A stretch of 64,000 nt of DNA, from positions 1 to 64,000 of the forward strand of contig NW_027451014.1 in NCBI RefSeq assembly GCF_964194025.1, read 5' to 3'. The DNA is from Convolutriloba macropyga. Lineage: Eukaryota. This document shows positions 1 through 11,535 of this stretch, piece after piece (within the stretch, counting starts at the first letter, position 1; each line of letters opens with the position of its first letter). The position numbers and the translations under genes are program-made. The notes under the pieces are model-generated. The model was given only the letters and a program-made list of their open reading frames with translations. It did not search any database and was not told the origin of the DNA.

Positions 1-223
1 TGTTCCTAACCATGGTTGTCAGATCAGGCGAGACCACCGAAGCAGACATGCAAAGCTCCTCGAGGCTTTTGCCCTTAAGCTCCTCAGACTTCTCCATGGC
101 CCCGTTGATGTTGTTAATGTATGTCTGGTGGTGCTTGGTGTGGTGGATTGTCATTGTCTCGGAGTCGATATATGGCTCCAGCGCCGAGTACTCATAAGCC
201 AGCTTGGGGAGTTCGAAGGCCAT
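1..223 (-). CDS. sod: Mn/Fe superoxide dismutase, N-terminal part (runs off the window)
   Basis: Manual translation from ATG at 223: MAFELPKLAYEYSALEPYIDSETMTIHHTKHHQTYINNINGAMEKSEELKGKSLEELC...MVRN. This matches the Fe/Mn-SOD N-terminal pattern (LP.L.Y...ALEP.I, HH.KHH..Y.NN). Absent from the ORF track because it has no stop in the window. Metal specificity cannot be determined. Confidence 0.93.
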   Translation of the reverse strand, partial: MAFELPKLAYEYSALEPYIDSETMTIHHTKHHQTYINNINGAMEKSEELKGKSLEELCMSASVVSPDLTTMVRN

Positions 224-1920
224 GGCGACTGCTGCCAGCAACAGTAGCTCAGTGATTGTGAGAAGCTTGGTTTGATCTATGGTCATATTCCATGACACGA
301 CACAACAAAACCAACACACTGAGGCACTCTCGGTTTTGGTTCCCGGCGGGGGTATCCCCATCCACGGCACATAGAAATATTCCTAGCCCCTCCCAAACTC
401 TGCTGTTTGCAGCAAAGAGAAACGACGACTGTGTCCAGGGGACCAGTCAAGACCAGAAACCTCCGCTTATACAATGTGTGTTACAATCGGGGCGGTGGCT
501 GGCTGGTGCCAGTAGGTAGACAGTAGGGGACCGACTCGAAACCTCCGCTAGGCTTGTCATATCTCTTACGAGTAGACGGCAGTCGGGTATTTCCAGCAGC
601 CCAACCGAGAACCTGGTCGGCGCGGCGGCAAATAAACTCCAGAGCACAGAGTCCCCAGAACGATTGAAAGTTCGGTTGCGGCCGACACTGGCCACACTGG
701 AAATCCGGAACCCTTTCAAAAGCGGCACGATGATTACATGCGCGTTGAGACAAAGACCGTAGTGGTAGTCTTCAGTCTTGCGAGCGGGAAGTCGGACGCC
801 GAGTGTTTGCCGGGGTCGAGGGTCTACGTGAGAGAAGTGGCGAGAAGTGACGAGAAGTGAAAGCGGATCAGATTCCGTGAAGTTTCTTGCAAAGCCATGA
901 AAAGAGAAGCATGGTTTCGCGAATGGCCCCTGTATTATTATAGCACGAGACGGAACGCATATTGCAGGTCGGCCCTGTTGAAGATTGAAGACACACAGAC
1001 CACGACTAACGCACAGCAGTCCCAGCACGAGACTTCGGCTATCGACGGCGCAATACTGAGTAGTTTTGTGAACATATAGCACGTCTGATGCAAGGACATA
1101 TGTTCATCCTGACGTCGAAGAATCCTTCTGGATAATACCGACTCAGACGCCGTGATGGCTGTTGCGATCACAGCACGATCGCGGTTGACACTCAAGGCGA
1201 TCGCGAGTTCAGATTACGACCGTGAAAACAAGTGTCGCTGCGCACGAGTGACACCCCGCTCCGTAATATGAAACGGAAACGATGAGATTTTGGGTACTTC
1301 GACGATCGTAGTACCTGATTGTGGACAGATACTATGGGTTGGCGTGCCGTGATCCGTCTCTCCCTCTCCCGGCGCGGTTCTGGAAGTTGATTTGGCTGAA
1401 AGATAGGCGAGCTGAGATATCACGAGACTCGGAGCTCGGAGGGCTTCATGGTCCATGGATGACGCTGTGATAACCTAGCCGGGTGCAGCCGTGCAGGCGT
1501 GGCCCGGCCGGCCGGTATGCCCGGCAATCGGCATGCTACTGTACAGTACCCTACTGTTTTTTTTTACGTAGCTAGCTAGGTGGTACCCTACTAGATGGTA
1601 CGTATCTGCTGGTATCTACTATATCATTTATCAACAGACAGTTCATTCAACATTCATCGTCAGATCAGATTTTTATATATCCAACTGCATGTTTCCCGTA
1701 CAAATCGCTAATGTAGTAGGGTACAGTACGTATCCTTTAATTAATAACCGGTATAGGGTAGGTAGGGTACCCGGCACCGGTCTACCCTACACCCTAGCTG
1801 CATACCTCTCTAGAGGTGCGTTGTGCAACAGTACGAGTACCTACTCGAATTACATTCCGTGATTTTATCGTGATATTCGAAGAATTCCGTGATTTTCCCC
1901 CGAGGGAATGTAGTTCGATC

Positions 1921-2032
1921 GGAAAAAGTCTCGAGTTTCATCACGAATAGTCGTCGAAATCACGCACTCGGGCTGTCGCCCTCGTGCATGATTTCGACGA
2001 CTATTCGTGATAAATCTCTCGAATCTTTTTCC
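1921..2032. repeat. Fold-back inverted repeat, possible MITE remnant
   Basis: Arms 1940-1973 (ATCACGAATAGTCGTCGAAATCACGCACTCGGGC) and 1978-2011 match 31/34 as reverse complements around a 4-nt loop (TGTC). Weaker pairing extends to GGAAAAAG/CTTTTTCC. Confidence 0.8.
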
Positions 2033-2230
2033 TCCCTCGTACTAGTACCATGCAGGCCATAGTCACTAGCCGGTACGTTGGAATTCCTCCTGAGTTCCAA
2101 TGGTACAGTACCAAGTTACTAATAACCTGCTAATAATACCAGGAGCTATTATTATAATACTGGCGCGCGCCGCGCTGCGCCGGCCATTATTTATATTCTA
2201 AGTATGGGTGAATGCGGCGGGTGGGTTCTT

Positions 2231-2232
<2 letters not shown>

Positions 2233-2262
<30 letters not shown>
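2233..2262. repeat. (GT)n microsatellite
   Basis: Direct observation; similar tracts at ~13589-13611 and ~15885-15913, and (CT)n at ~7342-7364. Confidence 0.9.
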
Positions 2263-2263
<1 letters not shown>

Positions 2264-2506
2264 CCTGTAACCCTTCCGTCTAGTGTCTGCCTGTATCTTC
2301 TCCAAGCGCAACCTGTGAACAATCTCGACACTCGTACGTATACACTGTATAACCTCGTGAACAGAGCACCGCCAGCACAGTCATTAGGACCCGCTGCATT
2401 ATTATCTATCTGGAATCCGCTTGACTCCAACTCACTGGAAGGCCAACCTACCGGTAGGATATCGAGACAAACCATACTGTGAGCCGCCAGAGCAGATACC
2501 AGAACA

Positions 2507-3078
2507 ATGCCTGGTGCAGAGGTGAGTCAGTGTGTCACAGTGAACTGCAGACATGAACCTGCGGCACTGAGCAAGCTTTAACCCGGTTTCTTTTGCATTG
2601 CTGGTCAGGCCTCTGACAATAGCAAGGGGGCTACGTTCAGTTTGGAGAATGAGGATCACACACTTGCGAACTCACTGCGGTACATGCTTAACAAAAGGTG
2701 GTTGCATCCTTGGTACTTTTAGTTTGTTTCAGTCATTGAGGAAGCGGCACATCTAACTTGCTCCATTGCGGCGCAGTCTCCATGTGGAGTTCGCAGGATA
2801 CAGCATCCCACACCCTTCAGAGAAAGTTGTGAATGTGAGGGTCCAAACAACAGGTAGGAGGCAGCTCATGGATGTGCCAGAGTTGCACCGTTGGTGGGTT
2901 CCGCCATCCGATGTTTGACTAAGTGTCGCGCATTGCAGGAGAGGTGACCGCTCATGATGCGTTCCGGGAGGCCCTTGGGAAGCTTGCAGAGCTTTGCGTG
3001 CATATGAAGACCACGTTCGAGGACTCCGTATCTGAATATGAATCAAAACCTTCAACAGATGATATGGATGAGACTTAG
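2507..3078 (+). CDS. RPAC2: DNA-directed RNA polymerase I/III subunit AC19 (RPAC2/RPC19, RPB11-like family), 4 exons
   Basis: Exons 2507-2521, 2609-2697, 2777-2853 and 2939-3078 joined by GT-AG introns give MPGAEASDNSKGATFSLENEDHTLANSLRYMLNKSLHVEFAGYSIPHPSEKVVNVRVQTTGEVTAHDAFREALGKLAELCVHMKTTFEDSV...*. EDHTL.N.LR and F.GYSIPHPSE motifs are typical of AC19. Confidence 0.92.
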
Positions 3079-3128
3079 GGCTCATGGCAGCAGTACAGGG
3101 AAATGAAGGATCAGCATGCACTGTAGCA

Positions 3129-4160
3129 TCATAAACTATGAACCCTATCGGAACTTGGAGAACGGAGTGATGCTGCACCTTTTTTTTGTCTGGGACAGCG
3201 TCCGAAAGCCCTACCAAACTCGCACAGAACCTGATTCACCTTACCCTCGTTGGTTGAGACGGGCTCCCCAAAGCCTGCTTCTTCCCAGAATTTGTGGAGA
3301 TCGCTTTGCCGTCCATTCATCACCGCCTGGAGTTTGTGGCCATCCCACCCAAAGAGCGGGGGAGGGGGGGGGGGGGGGGGAGTTGCATGTAACAAGATGG
3401 GTGACATCCCTGAGCGAGAGAAAGCAGCAGCAGGTTCCCACACCTCTTTCTGTGCAGCTTTGGCTGCGTGCCAGGCTGAATTCAACTCCCCATGGTCATC
3501 ACCTCCGGAGGAATGACCCATGCAATTTGCGATAGACCCACCCCTCTCCCCCCTCCCAAACACATACACATACACAAGAGCGCAGAAAGCCTTGCTCCCG
3601 CATCGGCAAATATGCAGTGCAAGCCGCGAGCCTACACGTCAGTACCGCATCCAGGAGCTCACGGATGGCTGAGCATGCGTTACAATCACATCAAAGCCCA
3701 AGTGCTGCATACAAACAGCATGGAAGAAAGTTCCAAGACCCCGGGTGAAATCTTTGCCGGTTTGCTCAGTTAGGGCCTCAGTCAAGCACGAGGGATCTGC
3801 ATGCCCAGCATTAATCTATTGGGAGTTCCATCCACACTCCGCTTATTAAAAGCAAGCCCATTGTACGCCCCTCACTGCCCCCACTGTGCCCTGTTCTGCT
3901 GACATTCATCCACTCGGACAGGATGCACTGATACCTCATTCTTAGCCACCAGCCAGAGCGCCGCAGCATTCAAGACCAGTGTTGAAAGGCCCTGTTTGTC
4001 CCTGAGCGGCCAGTTGGTGTCTGGGAAGCTATGCGCAGTTGAAGCAATCACCAACTCCGCAGCACAGAATTCAAGCTTCTGTCCTTGGTATTATACTTGC
4101 GGAGAGGAGTGACCATCACCTTAACATTTATTACAACTTCCTTTTCACTGCTGCTTGACA
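3129..4160 (-). CDS. Probable multi-exon hypothetical gene; boundaries unresolved
   Basis: Exon-like pieces bounded by AG/GT on the minus strand (e.g. ...LSTLVLNAAALWLVAKNE; DPSCLTEALTEQTGKDFTRGLGTFFHAVCMQHLGFDVIVTHAQPS; AVMNGRQSDLHKFWEEAGFGEPV...) and a sense-strand poly-C tract at 3361-3380. No family recognised. Confidence 0.35.
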
Positions 4161-4907
4161 CCTAAAGAAGTCACAGAAGCGGCGTGGGGTGCCCTGTCAG
4201 TAATTCTCGCAAGCCTCCGACGCATGAGCCATTCTACAGCGGTTCCGAGGCGAATACCCAAACTCCTTAGGCCTTTCTGTCCGATATGTCCGTGATCAGG
4301 TACAGCATTCTGCCTTTCAACTGCATTTTCTCTTCACTTGTCGGCACTTCCACAAGGTAGAGCAGACGGTTAACAGCCTTGGCTTCCACGGATGTCGTTC
4401 CTGCGACAGGCTGGAATGCCACTCGCAGTCACACAGAGGATGCATACACTGTGATAACATTGAACTTGGAGTCATGTCTCGTGTGCCTGACATATGGTAC
4501 AGCAGAGATCACCTGGTATCCCAGGCGCTGCATATCCTACGATTATGTCCATGCTGCATATTCCTTATCTGTCTGGCCCCTATGTAACACGCACACGCAT
4601 CCGGTTTGGGATGGATGCTCTGACATATAATGACAAATGGGACCCCCCCCCCCCCCCCTTCAAACAGCAGCACTCATAGAATAGCTCTGTATACACAATG
4701 CACATGTATCAGGTACGCACGCATGCAGCTAACGAGCAGGTGTTGGCGCAGGTATACTATCGACACCTTGCTGTACAGCCAACTGCCAGAAAATCAGTCA
4801 AATGCGAGGGTCTCCACTCAGATATGGAGAGAGGGGTCAGACAGGCGGCGGGGTCGGAGGGCGCAGGAATTCCTGTTACTTTCTCTACCAACTAGGGTAC
4901 CTACCTA

Positions 4908-6234
4908 CACCCCCACCCATAAGTTTCTACTCCCAGACAATTGGGACTAAAGTGTATGTAAAGTGCCACACGTGCGCATTTTTGGGCATGTTCACAATCC
5001 TTAGACACACAATATTCCAACCATGTGTGGTAATACCCTTCCAAAGGGCATACACCCTCATGCCTGACGAGTATCTATGGAGCAACAAATGTTGCTATCT
5101 GCTAGAGTCAGGATTGGTAGCTGAACGTGTGTTGCAGTGCCAACAGGCCCTACTCATCATGCAGGCACGAAACTGCACAACCACATAGGTAGTGTGAAAC
5201 TACACGATGTCTTGTTTCTGGAACACATGCCCAACTTCCAAGGGCCTCTAGGGATGCCTTCCATACTGCTTACCCTAAACAGTCAAGAAAATATTAGCAT
5301 GGAAATCTCGGATTTTTTAAGGAAACCTTGCCTCAAGTCATGCAATCACAAATGGGCGATCGTTACAAGTGTCATTCACAAGCACACTCATGGAGGGTGT
5401 CGTGGCACCCTACATACCCTATGAAAAACCCTGTCCTTTGGACTAAACTGCTCGAAAGGGTTTGCTAGGGTTTGCATTTTCTGCAATTGTCCCAATGCCT
5501 ATGCACCAGTTTGCCCCTAGTACATCCCTACCTCGCTTCAAAGCGACACCATGGCCTAAGCCTAGGCTAATCACTTGCCATAGGCTAGATTTCAGTCTAC
5601 AAGGATGGCATTGGGGGGCTAGCATGCAAAAGTATTAAGTGGGGTTGTGTTGTACTTGCTTTTTCCCCACGCCCGCGTCCGACGTCCAAGTCCAAGTCCA
5701 CGTCTCACGAGATATTAAAGTGTCATTGGTAGGAATCGAACCTGTGACCTCTAGCCTAGCGAGGGTAGTAGCTTGTCGCGCTACCAACAAGCCTAGAGTT
5801 GATTAAAGCGACGAAAGCGAAATTTTTGAATATATACAGTATCTGGAAAATCGAAATTTTGAAATTACAAGTACCTGCTCTGGTAATCATACAATTTCGT
5901 ACCTGCAAGTACGCCTAAGTAATACCTGGGACTGAGGTCGTCGCATGATGTACGATTTTCCCAGGATTATAAAGTATTCGTACTCGTCTACTGGGGCAGG
6001 TTTGGTACATGCAGCAAAATTTGTGCTAGTGTTGAAGTACATGTAAACTAGGCAAAGGATCACCAAGTCTAGACATGATGGGTTTTTGATGCAAGTATTG
6101 AGCCTAGACACAGAAGCATGATGTTATAAGCTCGATTACAAAGTTTCACATGTTTAATCCTAGTTTAGATAGGTCAAACACGATTAACTTAGTCCATACT
6201 ATCACTAGGAGGTAGAAACTTTTGGGTGGGGGTG
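4908..6234. mobile_element. Non-autonomous Tc1/mariner-type TIR element (1327 bp) with TA target duplication
   Basis: Left end TA|CACCCCCACCCATAAGTTTCTAC and right end GTAGAAACTTTTGGGTGGGGGTG|TA form a 22/23 inverted match. TA at 4906-4907 and 6235-6236. No long ORF inside. Confidence 0.85.
5720..5790 (-). other. Degenerate tRNA-like / Pol III internal promoter-like segment inside the TIR element
   Basis: Minus strand reads ...CTAGGCTTGTTGGTAGCGCG...AGAGGTCACAGGTTCGATTCCTACCAATGACA, with an A-box-like motif and a B-box GGTTCGATTCC. A full cloverleaf is not convincing. Confidence 0.4.
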
Positions 6235-7664
6235 TAGATATAAACATTCTCGCATACCTACCCTACCCAGGCCCTACCCTACCTCAATGACACACAGGAG
6301 GGATCAGGAGGGTACCAAGAAGGTGGCTCTGGTAAAGTAGGCACCGGGCACCGCAGTGTGCACTACTAGCGATAGCAGGGCGATAGTACCGCCTAGAGGT
6401 ACCGGGCCCCGCCCCCCCCCCCTTTAATTTGACCATCCTGTCACTACCTACTATAGACCGGATCCATACTTATCCCTTTAACTGCCGTACCCGTAGTATT
6501 TCGTACTGACTGGACCGCAAGAATTCTCAGTACATTAGGTTAATACCCCATAATATACTGAGCGGAGTCCCGCTGGCGCGCTACCGCGGGCACCGCCGCT
6601 GAGGCCGCAAGCACCTTTCGGCGATCTAGAGCTCTAGCATAGCTTCCGATCGAAGGTCTAGGACGCGACTATCGTGACGGATTTCATCTATCGCGGTCTT
6701 GAGCGGATTCCGCCGCCCCATCGACCTCCGAGTCCACCTATGTACCGCGTAAAGTACTGATGTGAAGAGCTAATGTTAGATGGCGCTAGGCATTGTTCAC
6801 CGACCTTCTCCATATGCGACTTTCTTGCCACCACGACTTTCCCAGCTTATTTGGTGTCTATAGATCGCTCTCAGATGTGTTGGTAGAATCGACACATGGC
6901 CCAGTAGCAGCGGCAGCGGTGCCCGCGGTGTTGCCGGCGGTCCCTCTACCAGTACTTTAGACCGTATGTACACGCTATCAGAGGGGGTACTGGACCGCAT
7001 TTGCGGTCCAGTTAGTACGAATATTTACGGATACGAGAGAGGGAAAGTTACTGTGGACGTGGTCTATAGTAGTAGCCCTCCTGGTAGTAAGGATACGAGT
7101 AGTAAGTTGCATCTTTATCTGCTGCATCGTGTAACTAAGGACTTACTCGTACAGAAAGCATAGCCCATGTTGGTTTCACTTCACATCTATTTCGTACATG
7201 TACGCGCGGTTTCAAGTAGGGTACGAGTGTACGTACATCACTTGATAATACCAACACGATCGTATTACCTAGGTAGCTGGCCAGCTGAACTTGGCCGCGC
7301 GCGGGATTACATTCATACAATTACATGAGTACGAGTATGAGCTCTCTCTCTCTCTCTCTCTCTCTACGAGTACATGAGTGCGGGTGTACGTACCGTACCC
7401 GTCCTACCCGGGCGCTACCTCCGATCGATCATGGAGCTAGCCTGCGCTGTTGAAGTTACACGTACTGTTTCCGTGACCTTATTGTACCCGCGGCCCACGC
7501 CCCTACATCATGCACGCGGCCACACTGCACCTCGAGGCTGACAAACTTTCCGTTTCTCTCAATGAATCATTCAAGAGTCTGTGGCGGTACATCCCATCGT
7601 CGATCGCTATAGATTCCCCCACAGGAGGCAACATCAGAGCTAAGCCAATCACGGCTATTGCAAT

Positions 7665-10600
7665 ATGAGCGCAGACAGGGAGCCATCACGGTCGGGGAGG
7701 GCGATCATCACACTAGTTATTGGAATCCTGGTGCGTAGCTAGAAAATCGTCTCCCGTCGCGCAGCTTCAAGTTCCTTCTGGCACGTGCATACAACACATC
7801 TGCGCAAAATGAGCCAACTCTCCGCTCGCTCATTGGATCGATCGATTCTGAGCGCACCGGCTCCGTAACCAAACCCCCCCCCCCCCCCGGCCCCCGCCCT
7901 CCTCCCTGAAATCAGCATGCCCCAGTACCAGTTGAGGTTCCGAAATCCTATGCCTGGATCAGGAGCTAAATCAAGTGTCGGGTGTCGCCAGGTCGGACTT
8001 CTGTTCGACGAGGCGTTCTTGAGGAGCGGCTACCACCCTTCCTCCCTAACTGTGGATTCGTCCTTGCTGAAAAGTGCAGTGACGAATGACCCAGAGCTTG
8101 AGGTGGGGACGACACCATTCACATCATATGAGCAGATTTGACAATGGCGAATCGCATGGATGCGTGTTGGCATCTGCTTAAGTATAACCATGCCCCTTTC
8201 ATCACCAGAGTGTCCTACGTCTTGACAAACTAAGGGAGGAGAGTTCTACTCAGCAAAAGGCATTACAAGAGGCTCGTCGGCAATACGAACTCCTGGAGAC
8301 GAGGTGAGAAACTGTGCTATCTGGCCAATCCACTGACACCACGAGTTGTGTTAGTGCCACGATTTCCTCTGTTGTCTCAGACCGGCTTTGTCTTCCACAG
8401 GTACAAAAACCTGGAGCAAGATTTCCATGCTGCCATCAACATGGAACGACCCCAGGCAGCAGATGCCCCCCGACTTCCTCTTACGGTATCATGCACAATC
8501 AACCCTGGCAACGTGTTGCTGTGATCCTTCATATTTATAGTCATATGCATACCACTGTGTCAATGATGGGTAGTGATGAACTGGACACTGACAACCCCCC
8601 CCCCCCCCCCCCCCCCCGAACACACACCCTCCCGGTGCTCGGTCTACCCTGGCTGCAGCCGGACTGCATCCTCGCTGTGAGGGCGGCACGGCAACGGGCG
8701 TGCCCGTGTGACGCCAACATGTGCCCTGTCCTTTACACTGGGGAGATGTGTGACTACCCAGCTGACGATCTTCCACAGTGCCTTGCACCCTGGAAGTTGC
8801 CTTATGAGAACCCTGATGGAGAGGACTTTCACATGTGGACCCTGAACAAGGAGACCATTACTAGCAAAAACATGCACAGTCTCAACCTGGGAAAATTCGA
8901 TGCATCCGAGGACGTTGTGGTACCACTGTCTCGAGAGGTGGGGATTTTCAGATTTGTATCCCCCCCCCCCCCCCCCCAATATAAAGAACACAGTAACTGC
9001 ACATGGCAGACTGGGCTGGATATTGAGCACGAAGTGAAATGTTCAACACGATCTGTCCTTGCAATTTCTACGCTCCTATGCCCTAATTGGGCAGATCGGG
9101 GCCGTTTCGGAGAGGACGGGCGCCTACGATCAGACATGCACAGAATCATTCTCACGGCGTCTGTCATCGTTGGATACCCACAGCAGCAACTTGTGTTTGT
9201 GTTCCGAAAGGTCATGGATCAGCTTCCGGCGAAAGAAGTGCTAAACCCCAAGACCTACCGCAGCTGTGCGATTGTGGGTTCCAGTGATAATCTGCTGCGT
9301 CAGTTTCTTGGCGATGAGATTAATGATCATGATGTTGTGATTCGTTTCAATGGAGCGACCACAAAGGTATTCCCGCCCCCCTTCTAAGCACCAAGCACAT
9401 GCCCATCCCAACCCCACCCAAAGTCCAGACGTAGCTTAGTTCACAACCCTGGGTGTCCCCAACTTTGCCATCCCCTCTGATCCATGTACTTAGCAGGTCG
9501 CCCCGCCATTGCACTGACACCATACAAACAAAGCCATCTGTTATGCTTGCTGCAGTTGTTTGCTGCAGCTAGTTCTGTGGTGGCATCCTGTGACAAGAGT
9601 CTGTTCTCGTTTTCAGGGATACGAAAAGCACGTCGGCCGCATCACAAACCTCCGATTTGTGACCAATGCATGGCTGGGCTTTCGGGTAACCTGCCCTGCC
9701 TACAAATCCCCCCCCCCCCCCCCCCCCCCCCGTCTCTGCCTCTCCTGACAGCAATGGGAATTGCATCCAGCGATAACCTAGCCACTCTGTCCGAGTACTT
9801 TTGGTGGTTAAACACTGTGTGACCATTGTAGCCTCGTTTGGCCAAAAACGGAACAGTCAAGCTCTGCATGCATTCATTGATCCTGTCATTGGGAACCCTC
9901 GAACAAACAATGATGGCCTGCCCTGCCCCGGCTCCTATTTTGCGCAGGAATTTCCTCAAGAAACGGTAATTTACTTGGACCCGTTCAGGTGGGCCGGCCC
10001 TGGGTTGCCCGCCCGCATTACAGACCAGTGCCACTGTATTCAGTCCATATAGGCTCAGATCAGACTTGGCAAAGCGTGCTGTAGATATCTCACTGCAAGA
10101 TGTGTACCACCTGCCTGGTGTGTCCCATGAATGTGCAGTGGCGATCCCTTGTATGGATGCGATCGAGTCACAGAGTGCACAAACACCAGTGCCACTGCCA
10201 ACAAGTTCCTGGAAGAGCTGAAGCTGTTTCGTCAACTGCGTGTTACTCAGCTGCACCCCAAGGTGGGAGCTTCCACTTCTGCATGAAGCCCGGCACCTGT
10301 ATCAACAAGCCGCACACAAACACGTCAGGCACTTGGTACCCAACTACAGTCTTCTAAGCCGCGCGCCTGTTGTTTCCCAGGTTGCTAAATGGATGGCATC
10401 ACCTTACTTTCACAAGGGGAAACACTGGATGCTGTCGTCTGGCTTCCAGGTAGAGTTGACTTACGAGCTGTAGAGGCATCCACTTGTTCATCACAGTTTG
10501 TTTACACGCAGTAGTGTTTTCGTACGCTGCCATAATTGATTGGCGTTTCACCTCGGCATCCTGCTGCTAAATGCGTTCACAGGTGGCGCTGCTGATGTCT

Positions 10601-11535
10601 CACATCTGTGAGGAGGTAGATATGTATGGGTTTGCGGGTATGGAGCCTCGCAAGTACTTTGACCACGAGACCGTTCAGGTAGCACCACAGCTGCAGGAGG
10701 TCATGCCACCGGCACTCGATGCAGCCGCAATCGGACTATCTCGCCCTTCACCCAGCCTAACCGCCATGCACCCACACCCACGCACATGTACATGTATAAA
10801 GTCCCCATCTCCCTCTGGTTAGTGCCTGTACGCTCGACAGCAAGCCCTGCATCGTCAACACTCTCTCAATGTGCTTTACATTGATTCTATCCCCGACCGT
10901 GCACATCGCGAGCAACGCCAGCACAGATATCAGTCCTTGTGCTCCCTGGGAGGCACTCCAATCGTTCGTTGCAGTCCTGTACTGATTCTCCTGGATACAA
11001 TTCACAGGAGAAGTTCTTGGGGGCTGTGGCAAAATGGGCTCAAGAAGTCAAGGATGGGGTCCCCGTCTCTTATCCTTTCACAGACCAGCGGTTCAGGCAC
11101 AGGTATGAGAATGCGGCCGTCTGCCGCGTATTGCCCAGCAATGTGATGCCGTCGCTAAAATTCACAAGAAACTGCTGGGATGTAGTGCAGCCCCCTATCC
11201 AAGCTACAATATCTGGAAAGCAGTCCAATAGCGGCACCGCCATCACCAGCAGCAGGGCAGCGCAACAGACCTGCATGGGGGAACAAGTCCTGACAATGTG
11301 TGGCGGTGCATGCAGGAGTCTGCTCGGACGCGATGCTGAAATCCATGCAGATGCAGGGGAGCTGGACGATCTCTCTGTTAGGCGGGCATTGCTAGGGAAA
11401 GCTGGCAAAGGCCGCAAAAAGGTCAAGCAGAACCCCACAGTAGCTCCTGTAGTCCAAATTGAAGATGTGCCAAACATTGAGTGGGAGCGGTCTTGCCAGG
11501 CAGACATGATTCTGAAAGGTTGGAGCACCAGCTAA
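7665..11535 (+). CDS. Glycosyltransferase family 29 (sialyltransferase-like) type II membrane protein, multi-exon
   Basis: Exons 9211-9366 and 9617-9685 give sialylmotif L (YRSCAIVGSSDNLLRQFLGDEINDHDVVIRFNGATTKGYEKHVGRITNLRF). Exons 10381-10449 and 10583-10678 give sialylmotif S (SSGFQVALLMSHICEEVDMYGF) then KYFD. The candidate first exon MSADREPSRSGRAIITLVIGIL is a hydrophobic anchor. Start and stop (TAA 11533-11535) are inferred. Confidence 0.85.

Noticed and set aside
447-1456. ORFs of 60-211 aa upstream of SOD
   Set aside because: No recognisable domain or consistent exon structure; probably non-coding or a decayed repeat.
8314-9387. 357-aa ORF as a complete protein
   Set aside because: It reads through introns (poly-Pro from C tracts); only parts are exons of the GT29 gene.
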